From the NCBI RefSeq assembly GCF_009914755.1, contig NC_060928.1: a stretch of DNA of 64,000 nucleotides; one strand, given 5' to 3'. Below are positions 22,233 to 36,449 of the stretch, piece after piece. The stretch's first letter is position 1; each line of letters starts with the position of its first letter. The stretch comes from the human T2T-CHM13v2.0 reference genome, Homo sapiens. The notes below the pieces were generated by a model. That model made no database searches and was not told the origin of the DNA. It saw only the letters and a list, made by a program, of their open reading frames with translations. The translations under genes were made by a program, and so were the position numbers.

Positions 22233-22521
22233 CTATCTCATCAACCTGGCCCACAGGGCTGGCAGCCCCTCTTCCTGGGGAGCGGTGGCCGGCCTGGGCC
22301 TGCCTGTGATCGGTGCTGGGGCTCTCTGCCATCTGGGCCCCTGCTGAGACTGAGCCACAGCCACCACACCAGCCTTTCCACAGAAATCCCACATGGACAC
22401 ACATCTACACACCCTCACGTTCTAACCTAAATTTCCAGAACACCAAAATCAGCCTCAGGCTCACAAATACAGGCAGAATTGGAAAAGAAAAAAAGAAACT
22501 TAAATACTTAAAAACAATAGG

Positions 22522-22853
22522 GGCTGGGCGCGGTGGCTCACGCCCGTAATCCCAGCACTTTGGGAGGCCGAGGTAGGCGGATCACAAGGTCAGGAGATCA
22601 AGACCATCCTGGCTAACATGATGAAACCCCATCTCTACTAAAAATACAAAAAAAAAAAAAAAATTACCTGGGCGCGGTGTCGGGCACCTGCAGTCCCAGC
22701 TACTCGGGAGGCTGAGGCAGGAGAATGGTGGGAACCCTGGAGGCAGAGCTTGCGGTGAGCCCAGATCGCACCACTGCACTCCAGCCTGGGTGACAGAGCA
22801 AGACTCCATCTCAAAAAAACAAACAACAACAAAAAAAACCACACACACACACA
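22522..22853 (+). mobile_element. AluY
   Basis: ggatcacaaggtcaggagatcaagaccatcctggctaac, gagaatggtg, gcagagcttgc; A/CA tail; TSD aaaaacaatagg at 22510-22521 and 22854-22865. Confidence 0.97.
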
Positions 22854-22888
22854 AAAAACAATAGGTAAGATTCCAAAACAAGCCATTG

Positions 22889-23374
22889 TGAGGCAGGAGA
22901 GTGGGGTCTGGAGGCAGGGAGCCTGGGGCTGTTTCATGCTGGCTTCCAGAAACTGAGTGTTGTGGGGAGGCCCCCACCTCTCCACACCCAGGTTGATGGT
23001 GGGGGCGGACAGGCAGGAGGGATTGGGGCTGCTCCCTTCGCAGGCGTCACAGATGAAGGGTGGAGGGGACCTCTGATGAGTCCCCTCCGGCCTTCAGGGC
23101 TGGTCATGGGCCACTACTTCGTCTGCGTGGGGTGAGGCCAAGTAACGGATGGGAAACCTCTAGAGGGTATTTGGACTGCAGAGAGTTCTGCGGCCAGGGC
23201 CCTTGAGCCGCTTGCCCCAGCTGGCTCCCGCTCTGTGGAGTGTACTTTCATTTCAGTAAATCTGTGCTTTCTTGCTTCACTCTTTCGTTGCTTCGTTTGT
23301 GCATTTTATCCAATTCTTTGTTCAAAACACCAAGAACCTGGGCGACTCGAGGTCAAGACCCTCCACTGGTCACA
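22889..23374 (+). mobile_element. MER51-like (ERV1/MER4 group) solo LTR
   Basis: TG...CA termini; starts tgaggcaggagagtggggtctggaggcaggga; U5 ctgtggagtgtactttcattt...ccaattctttgttcaaaacaccaagaacctgg...ccctccactggtcaca; flanks attg/atgg (3 of 4 TSD match). Confidence 0.8.
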
Positions 23375-23554
23375 ATGGGCCTGCAAAGACGCTGAGGCTG
23401 TGTGTGTCCTGGGTGAGCCCTGGTTTTAGGGCCTCCCAAAGCACACCCAGGAGGGGATTACAGGATGAGGTGGGTGGGATCATAACAGGGGGAATATTTT
23501 GTTACTGGAAATGACTTTGGTGCAGAAGACCGGTTCCCGGGAGCACAGGGAGTG

Positions 23555-23720
23555 GAAGCTGGACTCTGGAGCTGGGAGGTTGGGTTTGAATCTGCTCTAC
23601 TGAGCAGTCACCCGGGAAGTGACCAGATGATGGGACTTCCGTGCCTGAGTTTCCTCAGCTGCAAAGTGAGAACCAACCTCAGAGGATGATGCTGAGGATC
23701 TGTGAAGGGAGAGGGTTCCT
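23555..23720 (+). mobile_element. MIR
   Basis: ggactctggagc...tgggtttgaatc...gtgcctgagtttcctcagctgcaaagtgag core. Confidence 0.75.
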
Positions 23721-26554
23721 GAGGCCACAGGTGCATGTCCTGGGCAGGATGCCCGACCCGCGTATGTACTCTGCTCACGTTGTGATTCTCCCCCAGCACC
23801 TCCGAACCCCAGCCAGCTGCAGGATTATTCCAGAAGGCCCAACCCTTGTCCTGCTGCAGTTCGGAGCCTCCTGAGAAGAACAGACACCCAGACACTGAAG
23901 GAGAAAGTGTGACGTTGGGACAGGGCCGGAGGGGATATCGGGGGGGGCTTTTGGTGGGGGTGTGGCTGGACTCGGGGTGCAGAACACTGTGGTCCTGTGA
24001 CTTCCCACTTCCCTGCTCCCCTTGCTGCAAACTCCGTTCCTTTTGTAAACAGGCCCCACAGCCCCACCTCCCATTCTCCTTGGGACCCCCAGTCAGGTCC
24101 CCTCCCCGCAGCTCTGCTGGACGGTGAAGGCCGCGGGCCCCACGCTGGGCCTGGAGGTTGGCTGGTGGCCCTCCCAGCTGCGGAGGTGGGGTCGCCCTTT
24201 TCCTCAGTCTGTCTGTAGGTTTCCACGTGCCCCTGATCTTCGTGTTGGCCGCGCCTGTGCTTCTCATCCTCTCTCCACTGCCCTCGCTCCTCCATCTCCT
24301 CGCCGCCCCACCTCCTCCACCCGCCCCGATCACCGTTCACCCCAACAGCCCCAGCGGCGCCTCGAGCTCCAGATGCACCATCCGCCTACACGCCTGACAC
24401 CCTGCTTGGACACCGAGGAAGCGTGTTGAACTTGATGTTTGGGGCCCAGCCGCTCCTCCCCGAGACCCACTCATGCCCCTTTCCTTGCTGTTGTGAGATG
24501 GGATGGTGTTGCGCCCTCAGATGCTTGTCCTCAAACCTCTCACAGCATCAGGATCATTCGGGGTTTCCCTGTCACCCACGGTTTCGGCAGCTCAGTCCCC
24601 CGCCTGTGTTCTCCAGGTCCTGGTGCCGTGCGTGGACCCCAGCTGTGCACCTCCCCCACAGCTATCGCTGCCTCTGTGGGGAACGTGCTTCACCTGCCCG
24701 CTGGAGGGCCAGAGGCACCCCTGCTCCGGGCCAGTGGCGGAAGGGGCAGGAGTGTCAACGCCCTGGCTGCTGCCATCAGTGGGGACACTCCGATGTCCAA
24801 CTTGCACTGCCCCAGAGTTCCCCTGGGGACTGGCTGGCATCCCCGCTCCTGGAGCTCCTTCCCTTCCCAGTCCGGCTCGTGTTCCCCAGGGGATTGAAGC
24901 CACACAGGTCCTCACCCCAGGCTAGCCTCACTGCAGGCAGACACCCACTTCGGGGGCTCACTGCATCCCAGGCTCCCCCTACCCTCCATCCCACCACGGC
25001 TAGGTGGTCAGGCGGCCCGTCTCCATTTCTGCGGATCTGAGACCTCCAGGGCCTGTCTGTGCTGGTCGTTTTCTTTGTCCCGTGTTACTGAGTATGGGAA
25101 TGCTGGCGGGCACCCTGAGACTTATAGCATCCTCCTGGCCCCCGTGTCTCTGAGGATTTGCTTAGCACCCAGGGCAAGCCCTTTCCTGTCTGCTGGCTGG
25201 AAGGTAAAGCCCACCAGAGGCCTGACAGCAATCTCAGTTCCTAACCTGCAGGGACCACAGCTGTTTCCTAAGACAGCACTCCTCCCACCAACACCGGACC
25301 CTCCAGGTCGTCCGGCCCAGAGCCACGGAGGGCGGCTGAGCACTGTTTAATGGGTTATTTGAGTAACAGTTCGGGGGCTGCTCTCACCTCCTGCCTGTGG
25401 CTCCCAATGGAGTGTACTGGAAATGGGGGAAATGGCGCCAGGCATTAGTCATTCACTTAAAGCCTGTGCCCCATCCCCCTGTAGAATCCAGCTCCAGAGC
25501 TGGTCTCCTGCAGGCCCTTCTATTCCTCCATCAGGCCAGCTGTGCCCAGGAACGGCGTGTAAGTTAGGCCCACGAAACCCAGGGACAAAAGCCCAGAGCT
25601 ACACTTTCTTTCAGAGAAAATTGAGTTTCTTGGTCAGAAATAATGTTGGACGAGATACCTCGGGAGTGAATAGGTGTTTGCAGGACCACAGACGACGATG
25701 CTGACAATTGAATGGGATTTGGGAAAGGCAATTCACATCCCAAACACGTATCTCCTTCCACGAGGGCATTTATGGCTGAGGACAAGCATCCAGCCTCTCT
25801 GTGCAGGTGTGGAGTGACAGCCCCAGCTTCCTCGCAGCCTTTCCACCGGCCCCTCCATCACGAGAAGGGGCTACCAGAATCCACCTACCAATAGGGCAGC
25901 CTGGGACAGTGCCTCGTGGGAGGTCAGCATTGGCCTGGGCTGTCAACAGGCTGGACATACAAGAATGAGGGCAGCTAGGGCGGCCTTCGTGAGGGGGTGT
26001 CCGTGCTGTTGGCCCCCCACTACTGCACTGACCCTTCATACATGACCATTCAGACACATGCCCTCATATGCACTAAGGCAGCTGGAGAGTGAGGCTGGAA
26101 GATATCCACATGAGAAGGCATCTCGTCCAGCTCATCACCGAGACCCCCACTCCCGGGGGTCCAGCCACACACCTCTTCCCACACTTCCCTTGTCAGCAGC
26201 CTTGAAACTCGCTCTTTTCAAGTTCTGAACAGTCATTACAGTCACATGTCCATGGGTTCATGTGACCTGGATCCCGGGACATCTTTCTTCCCTAAGAGAC
26301 AACGGGCGCCCTAACCTTAGGGGGAAAGACTTGAGAAGATTGCAATGAAGCTGAAGTTGTCACTTTGCACCCTGCACAGGGAGACCCCAGGTCTCATCCT
26401 CAGCCACCAGTGCCCTCTGGATTTTACCTGCTGGTATTTTGATCTGAGGCACTGAAAGTCAAAACAGATAAAAAAGATCAGAGCAGAGATCAGTGGCGTT
26501 AACAGTAGGTTTAATTAATGGCGGAATTGATACATGGATCTATGAGCTTTACCC

Positions 26555-26685
26555 TACCACCCACCCCCCCCACACACGTGTGCACACATATGCACACACA
26601 CACATGCACACACACTCATGCACACACATACACATACGTGCACACACACAGGCACGCACACAGGCACAGGTGTGCACACACACTC
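26555..26685. repeat. Imperfect (CA)n/RY tract
   Basis: cacacacgtgtgcacacatatgcacacaca... Confidence 0.85.
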
Positions 26686-26719
26686 TCCAACAGAAACAAA
26701 CCTCCAGCCCATTTGAACA

Positions 26720-27690
26720 AGAAAAAATGAATTCTAAACCAGCAAACAGAAAGGGAACACAAAAATAGACCTGAAGAGGTTCTAAGTAACTAATCTACGC
26801 ATTCTGATAAAAATGATATTTTCTTGGAAAATATGGATGATCAAGATCACGTCAAGACAGGAAGAAGAAAACCTGAATATGTAAGGAAGATATTGAAGAA
26901 TTCTCACCATTGCCTCTTCCCACAGCTTTAGGGTCTGGTGGTTTTTCCAGTGACTTCTTTTAAACATCAGAAGAACTGATGATACTAGAGCTCTATCAAT
27001 TTTTTTTCCAGGGGAGAGAAAAAGATGGAGAACCCCCTAATTAATTTTTATGAAGCTAGGTTCATGTCAAAATCTGTAAAACATGACATACACAGACACA
27101 CAGACTACAGAACTAGCACATCACGAATATAGGCTCAGAACCCAATCAAAATACCAGCAGATAAAATCCAGCATCACGTCACGGGAGAAGATTAATCTTC
27201 TGTAACCAAGGAAAGCTTATTCTAGAAATTCAAAGGTTGTACATTCAGAAAAACAATAAATCACATAAAAGAGTAGGATAAGGAAAATAAACTGCAGTTT
27301 TATTAGATTCATACATTTATACATTTATTTCTAAATATTTGTCGGGCACTTATTAAATGCCAGATACTGCTAGATGCTGATAGATTAATATAACATATTA
27401 ATTAATTAAATCCAACTTCTTTAATTTAAAAACAAAGTTTTGCATGCCAGAAAGAAAAGGCTGTCTCCTTAATCTGACAAAGAACACGTGTCTAAAACAG
27501 TTGCCCAAAAAAATGAGCCTGAAGCATGGCACATGTTTCTACTGAGATCAGTATCAGGGTGGAGCTCGTGTCACAGTGATTATTCCACATGCTTTTGGGC
27601 TGGTCAGGGTAATCTGACATGAAACCCAAATGCGAGGCATGGGAGTTAGAGAGAGGAATATTATCCATTCCTTACCCCATACGGCTATGC
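26720..27690 (+). mobile_element. Ancient L1 ORF2 (RT region) fragment, decayed
   Basis: A-rich and colinear with L1 ORF2: gaagaagaaaacctgaata, gggtctggtggtttttccagtgacttct, ttttatgaagctag, gactacagaactag, aaaataccagcagataaaatccagca, ttattctagaaattcaaagg. Confidence 0.8.
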
Positions 27691-27708
27691 ACCAAGAAAG
27701 CTGAAATG

Positions 27709-28131
<423 letters not shown>

Positions 28132-29904
28132 TTAGGCCTTAACAGCAACCAGCGTAAAAGATGAATCAAGCCTGAAGCACCATTTATGAGAGGAGCCACG
28201 CGAAAGATGGAGGAGTGGTCTAGAAGCACCAGCGTGGGAGCTGGATGGAGACTGGACTCTTTCCCAGGAGGCCCTAGGAGGCCAAGTCTGTGCAGTGGTG
28301 CCATCTTCCCCGCGAAGCCAGGCCGGGTGCGGGAGATGCAGTGCATGCCCTTAGTGCATTCCGGGGCCACATCTGGTTTTGTTCTGCAACTGTAAAGCAT
28401 GCCTGGCAGGGCTGTTGAGGACCCAGCGCCCGCAGGGCCAGGCAGGTGGTGGCGTGAGCCGAGAGGCCAGAAGGTCTGGGGGGGACTGGAGGCCACAGTC
28501 CATCTGGAGGTGGGGCTGGGTGGGTGGGAGACTGGCAGGAGTTGGGGGGGATGTTGAGGTGGAGAGGGGGGTTTGGGGGGCTGCTGCTTCCAGCCAGCTG
28601 TGCTGAGCGGGTGTAGGCCCTAGGTGGGCTGAACTCTGGATTTTTTAGGAGAGGCCAGACATTTGGCTGGTTGGTAAAATGTCCTAGTTTTTAAATGTTG
28701 ATGACGAAGTGAAGTTTAAAACTAACACTTTACGGGAGTTGGAGAGAACACAGGACAGGCTCACGTTGTGGTGTTCTGCACTGCACAGTGACCTCACCTC
28801 TCTGCTTGGTCGCAGGATTGGCAGTCGAGCTGCGGTCGTGTGAGTCATACAGAGCGCTCCCCGATTTGTCTCTTCTGCATGTCTTGAGTGACAGAAATGT
28901 CTGATGCTCATGTAACTGCATGGGGTGCTGTTTACAGTTCAGCTCTATGTGCTGTGCCCCCTGCCACACACCCCAGAACTCTGCAAGGGATCAGGGCAGT
29001 CCTGGGACGGGGCCCTGGGGACGTGGGGCCGCAGAGGCCTGGAGCCCGACTCTGTCTTGGGTGTGAGTGGCTGTGGTGGGTGATGGGAGAGGGGAGGCAG
29101 AAGTGACCAGCTCCACCTGGGTCCCTAAGGCCCTGAGGGAGGAGGTGCAGGTGACAGGGAGCACCCACCGGTGGGGGAGCACACCATGGAGGTGTGTGTG
29201 AGCCGCCCTCTGAGCCCAGAGCAGGTGCCATGAGGAGGCGGGGCAAGTGCAATCCCTTATGGTGAGCAGGAGGTGGCTAGGGGACAGGTAGTGGCAGTGG
29301 GGGTGATGGGGGCCTGGGGAGGGTGGGAGAGGAAGCTGGTGCAGGTGGGTGCAGCCATCCTGAGATGACCGGACGCCCACCCCCTCCCTGGCCCAGGCTC
29401 TGTGGCCACAGTCAGACCTCCCTGAAGGCCCCTGTCCACGCGCTGCCCCTTCTGGCTGTGTGACCAGGGGTCATTCACCACCAGCCCTCACATCCCACAG
29501 TAAGGAGCCGGCCACATGTTTCAAATTGCACCCAAAGAACAGGAATCGAGGCCACCTAGGTGACAAGCACTGCTTTAAGGAATATTGAAAATTGTGAAAA
29601 ATGATCCCGATAGTCTGTGATGCCGACAATTTTAAAAAATCACACAAGCAATAGGAGCATCAGAGGCTTTGATTATTGGTAGAAGAACTTGAGACACACC
29701 TGCGTGCCTGCCGTGGCCTGAGAGCGTCCCCAGAGGCTCACGCGGTGGAAGCTGGATCCCACGGCCGGCCGCGGTGCTGAGGGGTGGGGCCTGGAAGAGG
29801 CGGTGTGGTCACGAGGGCTCTGCCACCACGGGTGCATCGGTGTCGTGATTGTGGGGGTGGGCTTGTTAGGAAGGTGAGTTCCGCCCCTTTTGTTTGCGGC
29901 TCTT

Positions 29905-30051
29905 GCCACGGGAGGACGCAGTAAGGCCCTCTCCAGGGACTGCCTCCACCTCGACTTCCCAGCCTCCAGGACAGTGAGCCAAATAAATGTCTCTCCTTTA
30001 TAAATGACAGTCTACGGTATTCTGTTGTGGCAGCACAAGATGGACTATGAC
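29905..30051 (+). mobile_element. MST/MLT1A-type LTR 3' fragment
   Basis: gacttcccagcctccaggacagtgagccaaataaat...tttataaat...ggtattctgttgtggcagcacaagatggactatgaca. Confidence 0.75.
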
Positions 30052-31354
30052 AGTGTCTGACTCTGGGCAGTTATTCAAGGAAATCTAAAGTCTGCGATGC
30101 AATTCAAAGTCACGCTTCTGACGGACAGGTAAGGCCACGGGGACATCCGTGGTGCACTGCTTGCTTTGAAATGGTCAACCCGAGGACATTATTTTGAATC
30201 CCCGCCCCTGACAAGCCTCCAGGACGTCGTATGAGAAACTGCGGTGTCTCTGGGCTGCTCGGAGAGGCGTGTGGCAAGGTCGGGGGGCTGGTGGCCTCTG
30301 CAGCGTGTGATTCCTGAAGCCCACATCATCTTCTGTCCTGTGCAGAAGCGGGTGGAGGAGAGGGCCTCGTCCAGGGAGGGGGCCGTTGGGAGCTGAGGTG
30401 CAGGGGAGATGGCTTATGCCCTTCTCAGGACAGATGCAGGGGCTGCCCAGCTTCCACCTGGAAGGCATGGGAGTTTGGATTTGGTTCATGGTGGAGGCCT
30501 GTGAACCTTGCCTGGGCTGTGGGCAGCAGGGGAGCCTGAATTCCGAAAGCTCCCCATCGTGGGATTGAACCAGATTGTGGGCAGGAGGTAAGGGGGGATG
30601 GCCGGGCAGGGACAGCAGGTCTCCAAAGGATACGGCGGCCTGGGCGTGGGTCGGGCGGCAGAGGTGGTGAGAGCAGATGGAACGCCAAGTACACTCGGAG
30701 GCAGAGCCGGCGGGATGTGTGGAAGCATCACTGAAGTTGGGTGTGAGAAGGTGGCGCCAGGGATGGCTTCGGGAGGCGGCACTGCTGGCCACGGCCACCC
30801 ACAGGATCCCTGCTTCAGAAGCCGGGCAGGGTATGGGTGAGTTCGGCCAGTGACGTGGACAGGAGGGCACATAGCTATCCCCTTGGGTGGCAGCTTTGAG
30901 AGCCAGAGTGGTGAAGCCTCTGTCAGCCTGCGTCCTCGAGGGACTGCGTGAATGGGGGTGGGGCGCTGGCTGTCCTGCTCTAGTCCCTGGGATTCGGCTT
31001 GCGGGCTACCGCAGTCTGGCCCGGCCGGCCCTGACTGATACGGGCTCTGAGGTTTCCAGGTCTGGGCAGGACAAGGTCCCTGGTGACGGAAGCAGGTGAG
31101 CCTCCTGCAGGAGAGCAGGCTGAGGTTGTGGGATCTGGAGTTTTGCTGGGGACGTGTTTGCAGCAGAGTTGGGATTTGCAGGGGAGGGCCGGGCTAAGCT
31201 TTCACTGCTAGAGTCCTCTGCATGTACACTGTGAAGCCATAGTAATCCCACCGGCTGACGTGTGTCTGTACTCACCCTGTGCAGGGCCCTTCTGAACGAG
31301 TCTCACCTGTATTAACTTTGGGTCCTTGGGGCAGTATCAGGGAGGCTCTGTCCT

Positions 31355-31470
31355 CGCCCCATTTTACCCACCACGGAATTGAGGCACAGTGAAGCCAGGG
31401 CAATGCCGAAGGCCTCTGGCTCATCCTGCAAGGACTGGGGTTGAAACCCCGGGATCTCGCTCCAGGGATC
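31355..31470 (-). mobile_element. MIR
   Basis: cccattttac...gaattgaggcacag...ggggttgaaacc antisense core. Confidence 0.6.
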
Positions 31471-32399
31471 TTACACACGACAACTTCACACCCGGCCCAA
31501 GAGCAGCGCAGAGGAAGGTGGCCCCAGGGCCCTGCCATGGGGAGCTGCGGTGTCTTCCAGGCAGGCCACTTAGCTGATGGCTGACCAGGCGGCAGCGAAT
31601 TCCAGGCCCACCGCCACCCAGCCTCGCGACTGCAGCGGCCCAAGGCTCCTGTTCACTGACTGCACCCAGTTTCCTGCAGGTAGGGCTTGGGGGCCTTGGC
31701 TGTGTCTTTGTTCTTTGGATGCCCAGGGCCCATGTCAGGGGTCTGTGCTTCAGCGTCGACTGTTAAATAATCATAAGGAACTTTCCAATTCCATTATGGG
31801 GGAAATGGAGTTTCCAAAGACGAGGAGATGAGCCAGGCCCTGCCAGACAGGGCGCAGGCTTCTTTCCCGCAGAATGGCTTGCACTAGGCTGATGATGCCT
31901 CACGATAGTAAAGAAACAGGTGTTTCCGACCCACTTGAAAAATAATTTGAATAGCTGAGTAACATGAATATTTCCATGCTGCCTCCCATGTAAGGAACCT
32001 GCCTGCCTTATCTCTAGGGTGCTGATCCCTGCCTATGTCAGCATCACCCCAGGAGAGGAGATTCCTGGGCGCCCACGGCCATATCCCAGGGTTTGGCATA
32101 ATGGGAGAGGCAGCGGGCCAGCCAGGACTGGCCACTTTGTTTCTGCATGGCCTCTTAAAATGATGCTCGCCATCTTATAAAATGCTTTGAAGGTTGAGTG
32201 AACTATGCTGAGAGTATCCAGCACACCACAGCCGCTCAGCAAATGCTCCTTCAAGGGTTAGGCTCACCTGCGGTCAGCTGTGGGGCTATGGGAGTGGGAT
32301 GTTCATCTGCCCAAACCAGCGCTGTGTCATTTATACCCCTCTGGCTGAGCGGAAGAGTCCCTGCAGGTCCCTGCCTCACAGCCCTTGCTGTTGTTAGAT

Positions 32400-33270
32400 G
32401 TCTTACCTTGGGCTACCTGGCAGGCCTCACAGGATACCTCATGGTGGTATTAATTTGCAATTCTTAATTTGCATAAGGGTTGAGGTAATAATGGATGAGT
32501 GTTTAGCTGCCATTTGTATTTCTTCTTCTGTGCAACCCTGTTTCTGTCTTTATGTGCTTTTCTATTGTGTCACTGTTATTTTCTTGTTGGTTTGTGAATG
32601 CTCTTTACATGTTCTGGATCATAATCCTTTGTTGAGTTATGTGTGTGGCACTGAGTATATTACTGTCTTTTCACTTTCTTTCTGGTGTCTTGTTCTTTTT
32701 TTTACCATAATCACTTAAATATCTTTTGCATCAAAATCTCAGCTCCATTTCGTTTCCTTGTAGATATTTCACCAGGCATTTTTTTAAAAAATAAAGAGAA
32801 TACATGCTGGATTATAACGAACAGAAGTTACTACCTTCATGGAGCTAAACGGATCAGTCATTTTGCTATGGTTGGTGGGTTGTGTGGCTTGCTATGAAAT
32901 CCTTACCCAATCTGAGGTTATAAAAATAGTTTTCCTTTTTTTCGTTTTAAAGTGTTGTCTTTCACATTTAAAGCACTAAATTACCTAGATGTGAGTTTTT
33001 GTATCTGTTGTGAAGAAGGCAACCAGTTCGTTCTCACGTGTACCATAACCATTTTCCCAGCATCGTTTATGAAGGGAGACCTTCCTCCTGGTGCAGACCT
33101 GTGGCCCACCCTGCTGGGGTCATTTCTTTATGTGGTTGCATCCCTTTCTGGGCACTCTGTTACTTTCCATTGGTGATAGTGCCCATCCCTGCTCAAAACC
33201 ACCTACTTTAAACATATTATAACTTTACAGAAATGCTTGTGATCTAAAAGGGCAAGTCCTTCTGACTTGT
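32400..33270 (-). mobile_element. Old L1M fragment
   Basis: ctcatggtggtattaatttgca, gccatttgtatttcttcttctgtg, ctctttacatgttctggat, tctttcacatttaa, gggcaagtcc. Confidence 0.75.
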
Positions 33271-33279
33271 TCCTTGCTC

Positions 33280-33500
33280 ACTAACTGATTAATTTAGCAA
33301 ATATTTACTGAGAATTTGCTAAGTGCCTGGCTTGGTCCTAGGCTCTGTGCAATCCATCCATGAATAAAACAAATAAAAATCCCTTCTCTTGCTCAGGAAG
33401 AGGCAGGAAAAAAATCATAATAAATAAGTAAATTAAATAGTATGTTAGAAGTCATTAAGTTATACAGAAAATAAATAGAGGATGAGTGGGATGGGGAGAG
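33280..33500 (-). mobile_element. L2 3' fragment
   Basis: ttagcaaatatttactgag...gtgcctggc...ctaggc...tgaataaaaca. Confidence 0.65.
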
Positions 33501-33519
33501 GGGTGGGAAGTTAGCAATT

Positions 33520-36430
33520 TTTAAGTTTTATAATTCTTATACCATAATACATAATTCTATGTTTTTAAATTTTATGATTTACATACAATAACATGCACTG
33601 CTTTTAACTCTACCATTTGGTGAGTTTGGGTAAGTTTATGCACCTGCAGAGCCACCCCACACTCAAGACATGAAGCATTTCCGTCACCTCAGAAGCCTCT
33701 GCATCCCTTCCCTGTCCGTCCTCCCCCAGCCTCAGGCACATGCTCTGGGTCACCCAGGTTAGAATTATCCTTCTGGGATTTTCTCTACACAGACCCATGC
33801 AGTATGCACACTTTGGTGCCTGGCTTCTTTGACTAGCATGCTTTTAGGATCCATCTGGGTCTGTGCACAGGGAGTTCCCCGTTTTCACTGCCGACCAGGA
33901 CTCTGTTGTATGGAGGGACCACATTGTTTTGCTTATTCACCTGTTGATAGACATTTGGGCTGTGCCCAGTTTGGGACTATTGCGAATAAAAAGCCTTTGT
34001 GCACAAGTCTTTGCATAGACATGTTCTGGATTGTATAGTGTGTTAGTCCACTCTCACACTGCTATAAAGAACTGCCTGAGACTGAGTAATTTATGAAGAA
34101 AAGAGGTTTAACTGACTTACAGTTCTGCAGGCTGTATAGGAGGCATGGCTGAGGAGGCCTCAGGAAACTTACAATCACAGTGAAAGGGCGAAGTGGAAAC
34201 AGGCACGTTTTCACATGGCAACAGGAGAGAAAAAGGGGGGGGTGTGCTACACACTTTTAAACAACCAGATCTCATGCAAACTCACTAGCACCAGAACAAC
34301 ATGGGGGAAATCCACCCCCGTGATTCAATCACCTCCCACCAGGTCCCTCCCCCAACGTTGGGGATTACAATTCAAGATGAGATTTGGGTGGGGACACAGA
34401 GTCAAACCACGTCCTATAGTTAACATTGTACGAAACCGTGAGCCTGTTTTCCAAGGAGATTGTCCTCTTTCACGTTCCTGCAGTCAATGCTAGAGAGTTC
34501 TAGGTGCCCCACATACTGCCCCATGCTGGGCGTTGTCGATCTGTTTAGCCTTAGCTGTCCAGAGGTTGTGCAGACGTGTCTCAGTGTGGTCCCCATTCGT
34601 ATTCCTGGATCACCCATGCTGTTGAGCCTCCTTCCATATGTTTATTACTCATTGGCATCTTCTCTTTTGTAAAGTTTCTGTTCCAATCTCTTGCTTATTT
34701 TAAAGTTTTTTGCTTTCTTATGATTGAGTTGTGTGTATTATTGGGTTGAATTTCTTCACACATTCTGAAAGCAAGTCCTTTGTCAGACATATGTAATGCA
34801 AATGCTTTTTCATTGTCTCTAGCTTGTCTTTTCACTTTCTTAGTGGTATTTTTCAAAGATCAGAAATTTTATTATTTTACTGAAGCCCAATTAACTTTGT
34901 CTTTTATGGTTTGTGTTTTACATGTTTGATCTCATAAATCTTTGCTTGACCAAGATGTAACAAAGCTTTTCTCCTATGTAATCTCCTAGAAGTTTCATAG
35001 GTTTAAGTCTTACATTTAAGTCTAATGATCTATTTCGTGTTAATTTTGTTCTGATGATCTATTTAATGTTAATTTTGTATATGGTGTAGATTAAAGATTA
35101 AGGTTCATTTTTTTCTTTTCCGTATAGATGTTAAATGTGTTTCAGCACTTTTTAAGAAGACACTATTTTTTCCCTATTGAATTACCTTGGTATGTTTTTT
35201 GAAAATCAGTGGACCATACATTTGTGGATTTACCTCTGGACTGCATGCTGTTTTATTAAACTACATGCTTATCATCACGCCAATACCATACCATCTAGCT
35301 TACCGCAACTTTATGATGTATTGAAACCAGGTTGAGTGAGTCTTTCAAATATGTTCTTCTTCATCAGCATGGCTTTAACCATTTGATGTCTTTCACACTT
35401 CAACATAATTTTTATTATCAATTTGTCAACTTCTATTTTTAAAAAGCTGCCTGGGATTACATTAAATTGATAGATTAATTTTGAGGACATCTTAATAACA
35501 ACGGATCTTCTCACCTGTAAACTCAGTATATCTCTCCATTTATTTGGGTCTTTAATTTATTTCAGAAATGCTTTGTAGTTTTCAACCTACAAATCTTGTA
35601 CATATTTTATTAGGTTTGTCCTTAAGTATCTTACCTTTTCACTTTCTAATACTTTTGAATGTATTTTATTCCATTGTGAATGGTATTTTAAAACTTCAGT
35701 CTCTAATTTTAAGTTGCTAGTATATAGAACTACACTACACCTTTCATATCCTGTGACTGCTAAACTCATGGGCTGGTTCTAGACGCTTTCTTCATGTATT
35801 TTCTTTATTGCACTGGCTAGGACCCTCAGGGGTGAAGGTAGAATCCTTGCTTTGGAGAAGGTATTTCTTCTTTCACCATGAGGTATGATATGATCTGCAG
35901 GTTTGTTTTTCTAGATGCCTCTTATCAGGTGGAGAAGTTGCTATGTATTCCTAGTTTAATGAGAGCATTTTTAATGAACAGATGTTGATGTTTGTCATAT
36001 GCATTTGTTTTCATGCATCTATTCAGACGATCTTATCATTTCTTTTTTTTTAGTCTGTTGATGTAGTGAGTCATGTAGAATGATTTTCAATGTTGAGCTA
36101 ACCTTGCATTCTTGGAAGAAATCCACTTAATCATGAAGTTTTATCACACATACCTCATCATTTTTACTAGATTCCATTTGGTAATATTCTGTTAAGAAGT
36201 TTTATACTTGTGTTCATGAAGGATACCAGTCTGTAGTTTTCTTTTCTTATAATATATTTGCCTGGTTTTGGTGCCAGGTATCATAAAATGAGTTTGGAAG
36301 TGTTTTCCCTACCTCTCTTTTTCTGAAGGAGCTTGTGGGGGGGTTGTTATTATTTATTTTAAATGTTTGTCAGTGTTCTCAAAGGAGTTTTCTTTGTGGA
36401 CACATGTTTAATTAAATTCGACTTCTTTAA
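33520..36430 (-). mobile_element. L1M (MB/MC/ME-age) 3' UTR plus ORF2 remnant, interrupted by MSTA
   Basis: Minus ORF 35311-35514 (KLIYQFNVIP...EVDKLIIKIMLK...KKN...LTQPGF) and 35587-35769 (VVLYTSN...VRYLRTNLIKYVQDL) resemble L1 ORF2p (KVIYRFNAIP...ELEKTTLKFIWN; IKYLGIQLTRDVKDL). Confidence 0.9.
34039..34414 (-). mobile_element. MSTA-like MaLR solo LTR
   Basis: tgtgttagtcc...gctataaagaactgcctgagactgagtaatttat...gaggcctcaggaaacttacaatc...gatttgggtggggacacagagtcaaaccac; perfect 5-bp TSD tatag at 34034-34038 and 34415-34419. Confidence 0.93.
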
Positions 36431-36449
36431 TTGATATAGTACTATTTAA

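Noticed and set aside
29764-29781. REST/RE1-like motif (minus strand CTCAGCACCGCGGCCGGC)
   Set aside because: Right half-site is GGCCGG rather than GGACAG; expected by chance in GC-rich DNA.
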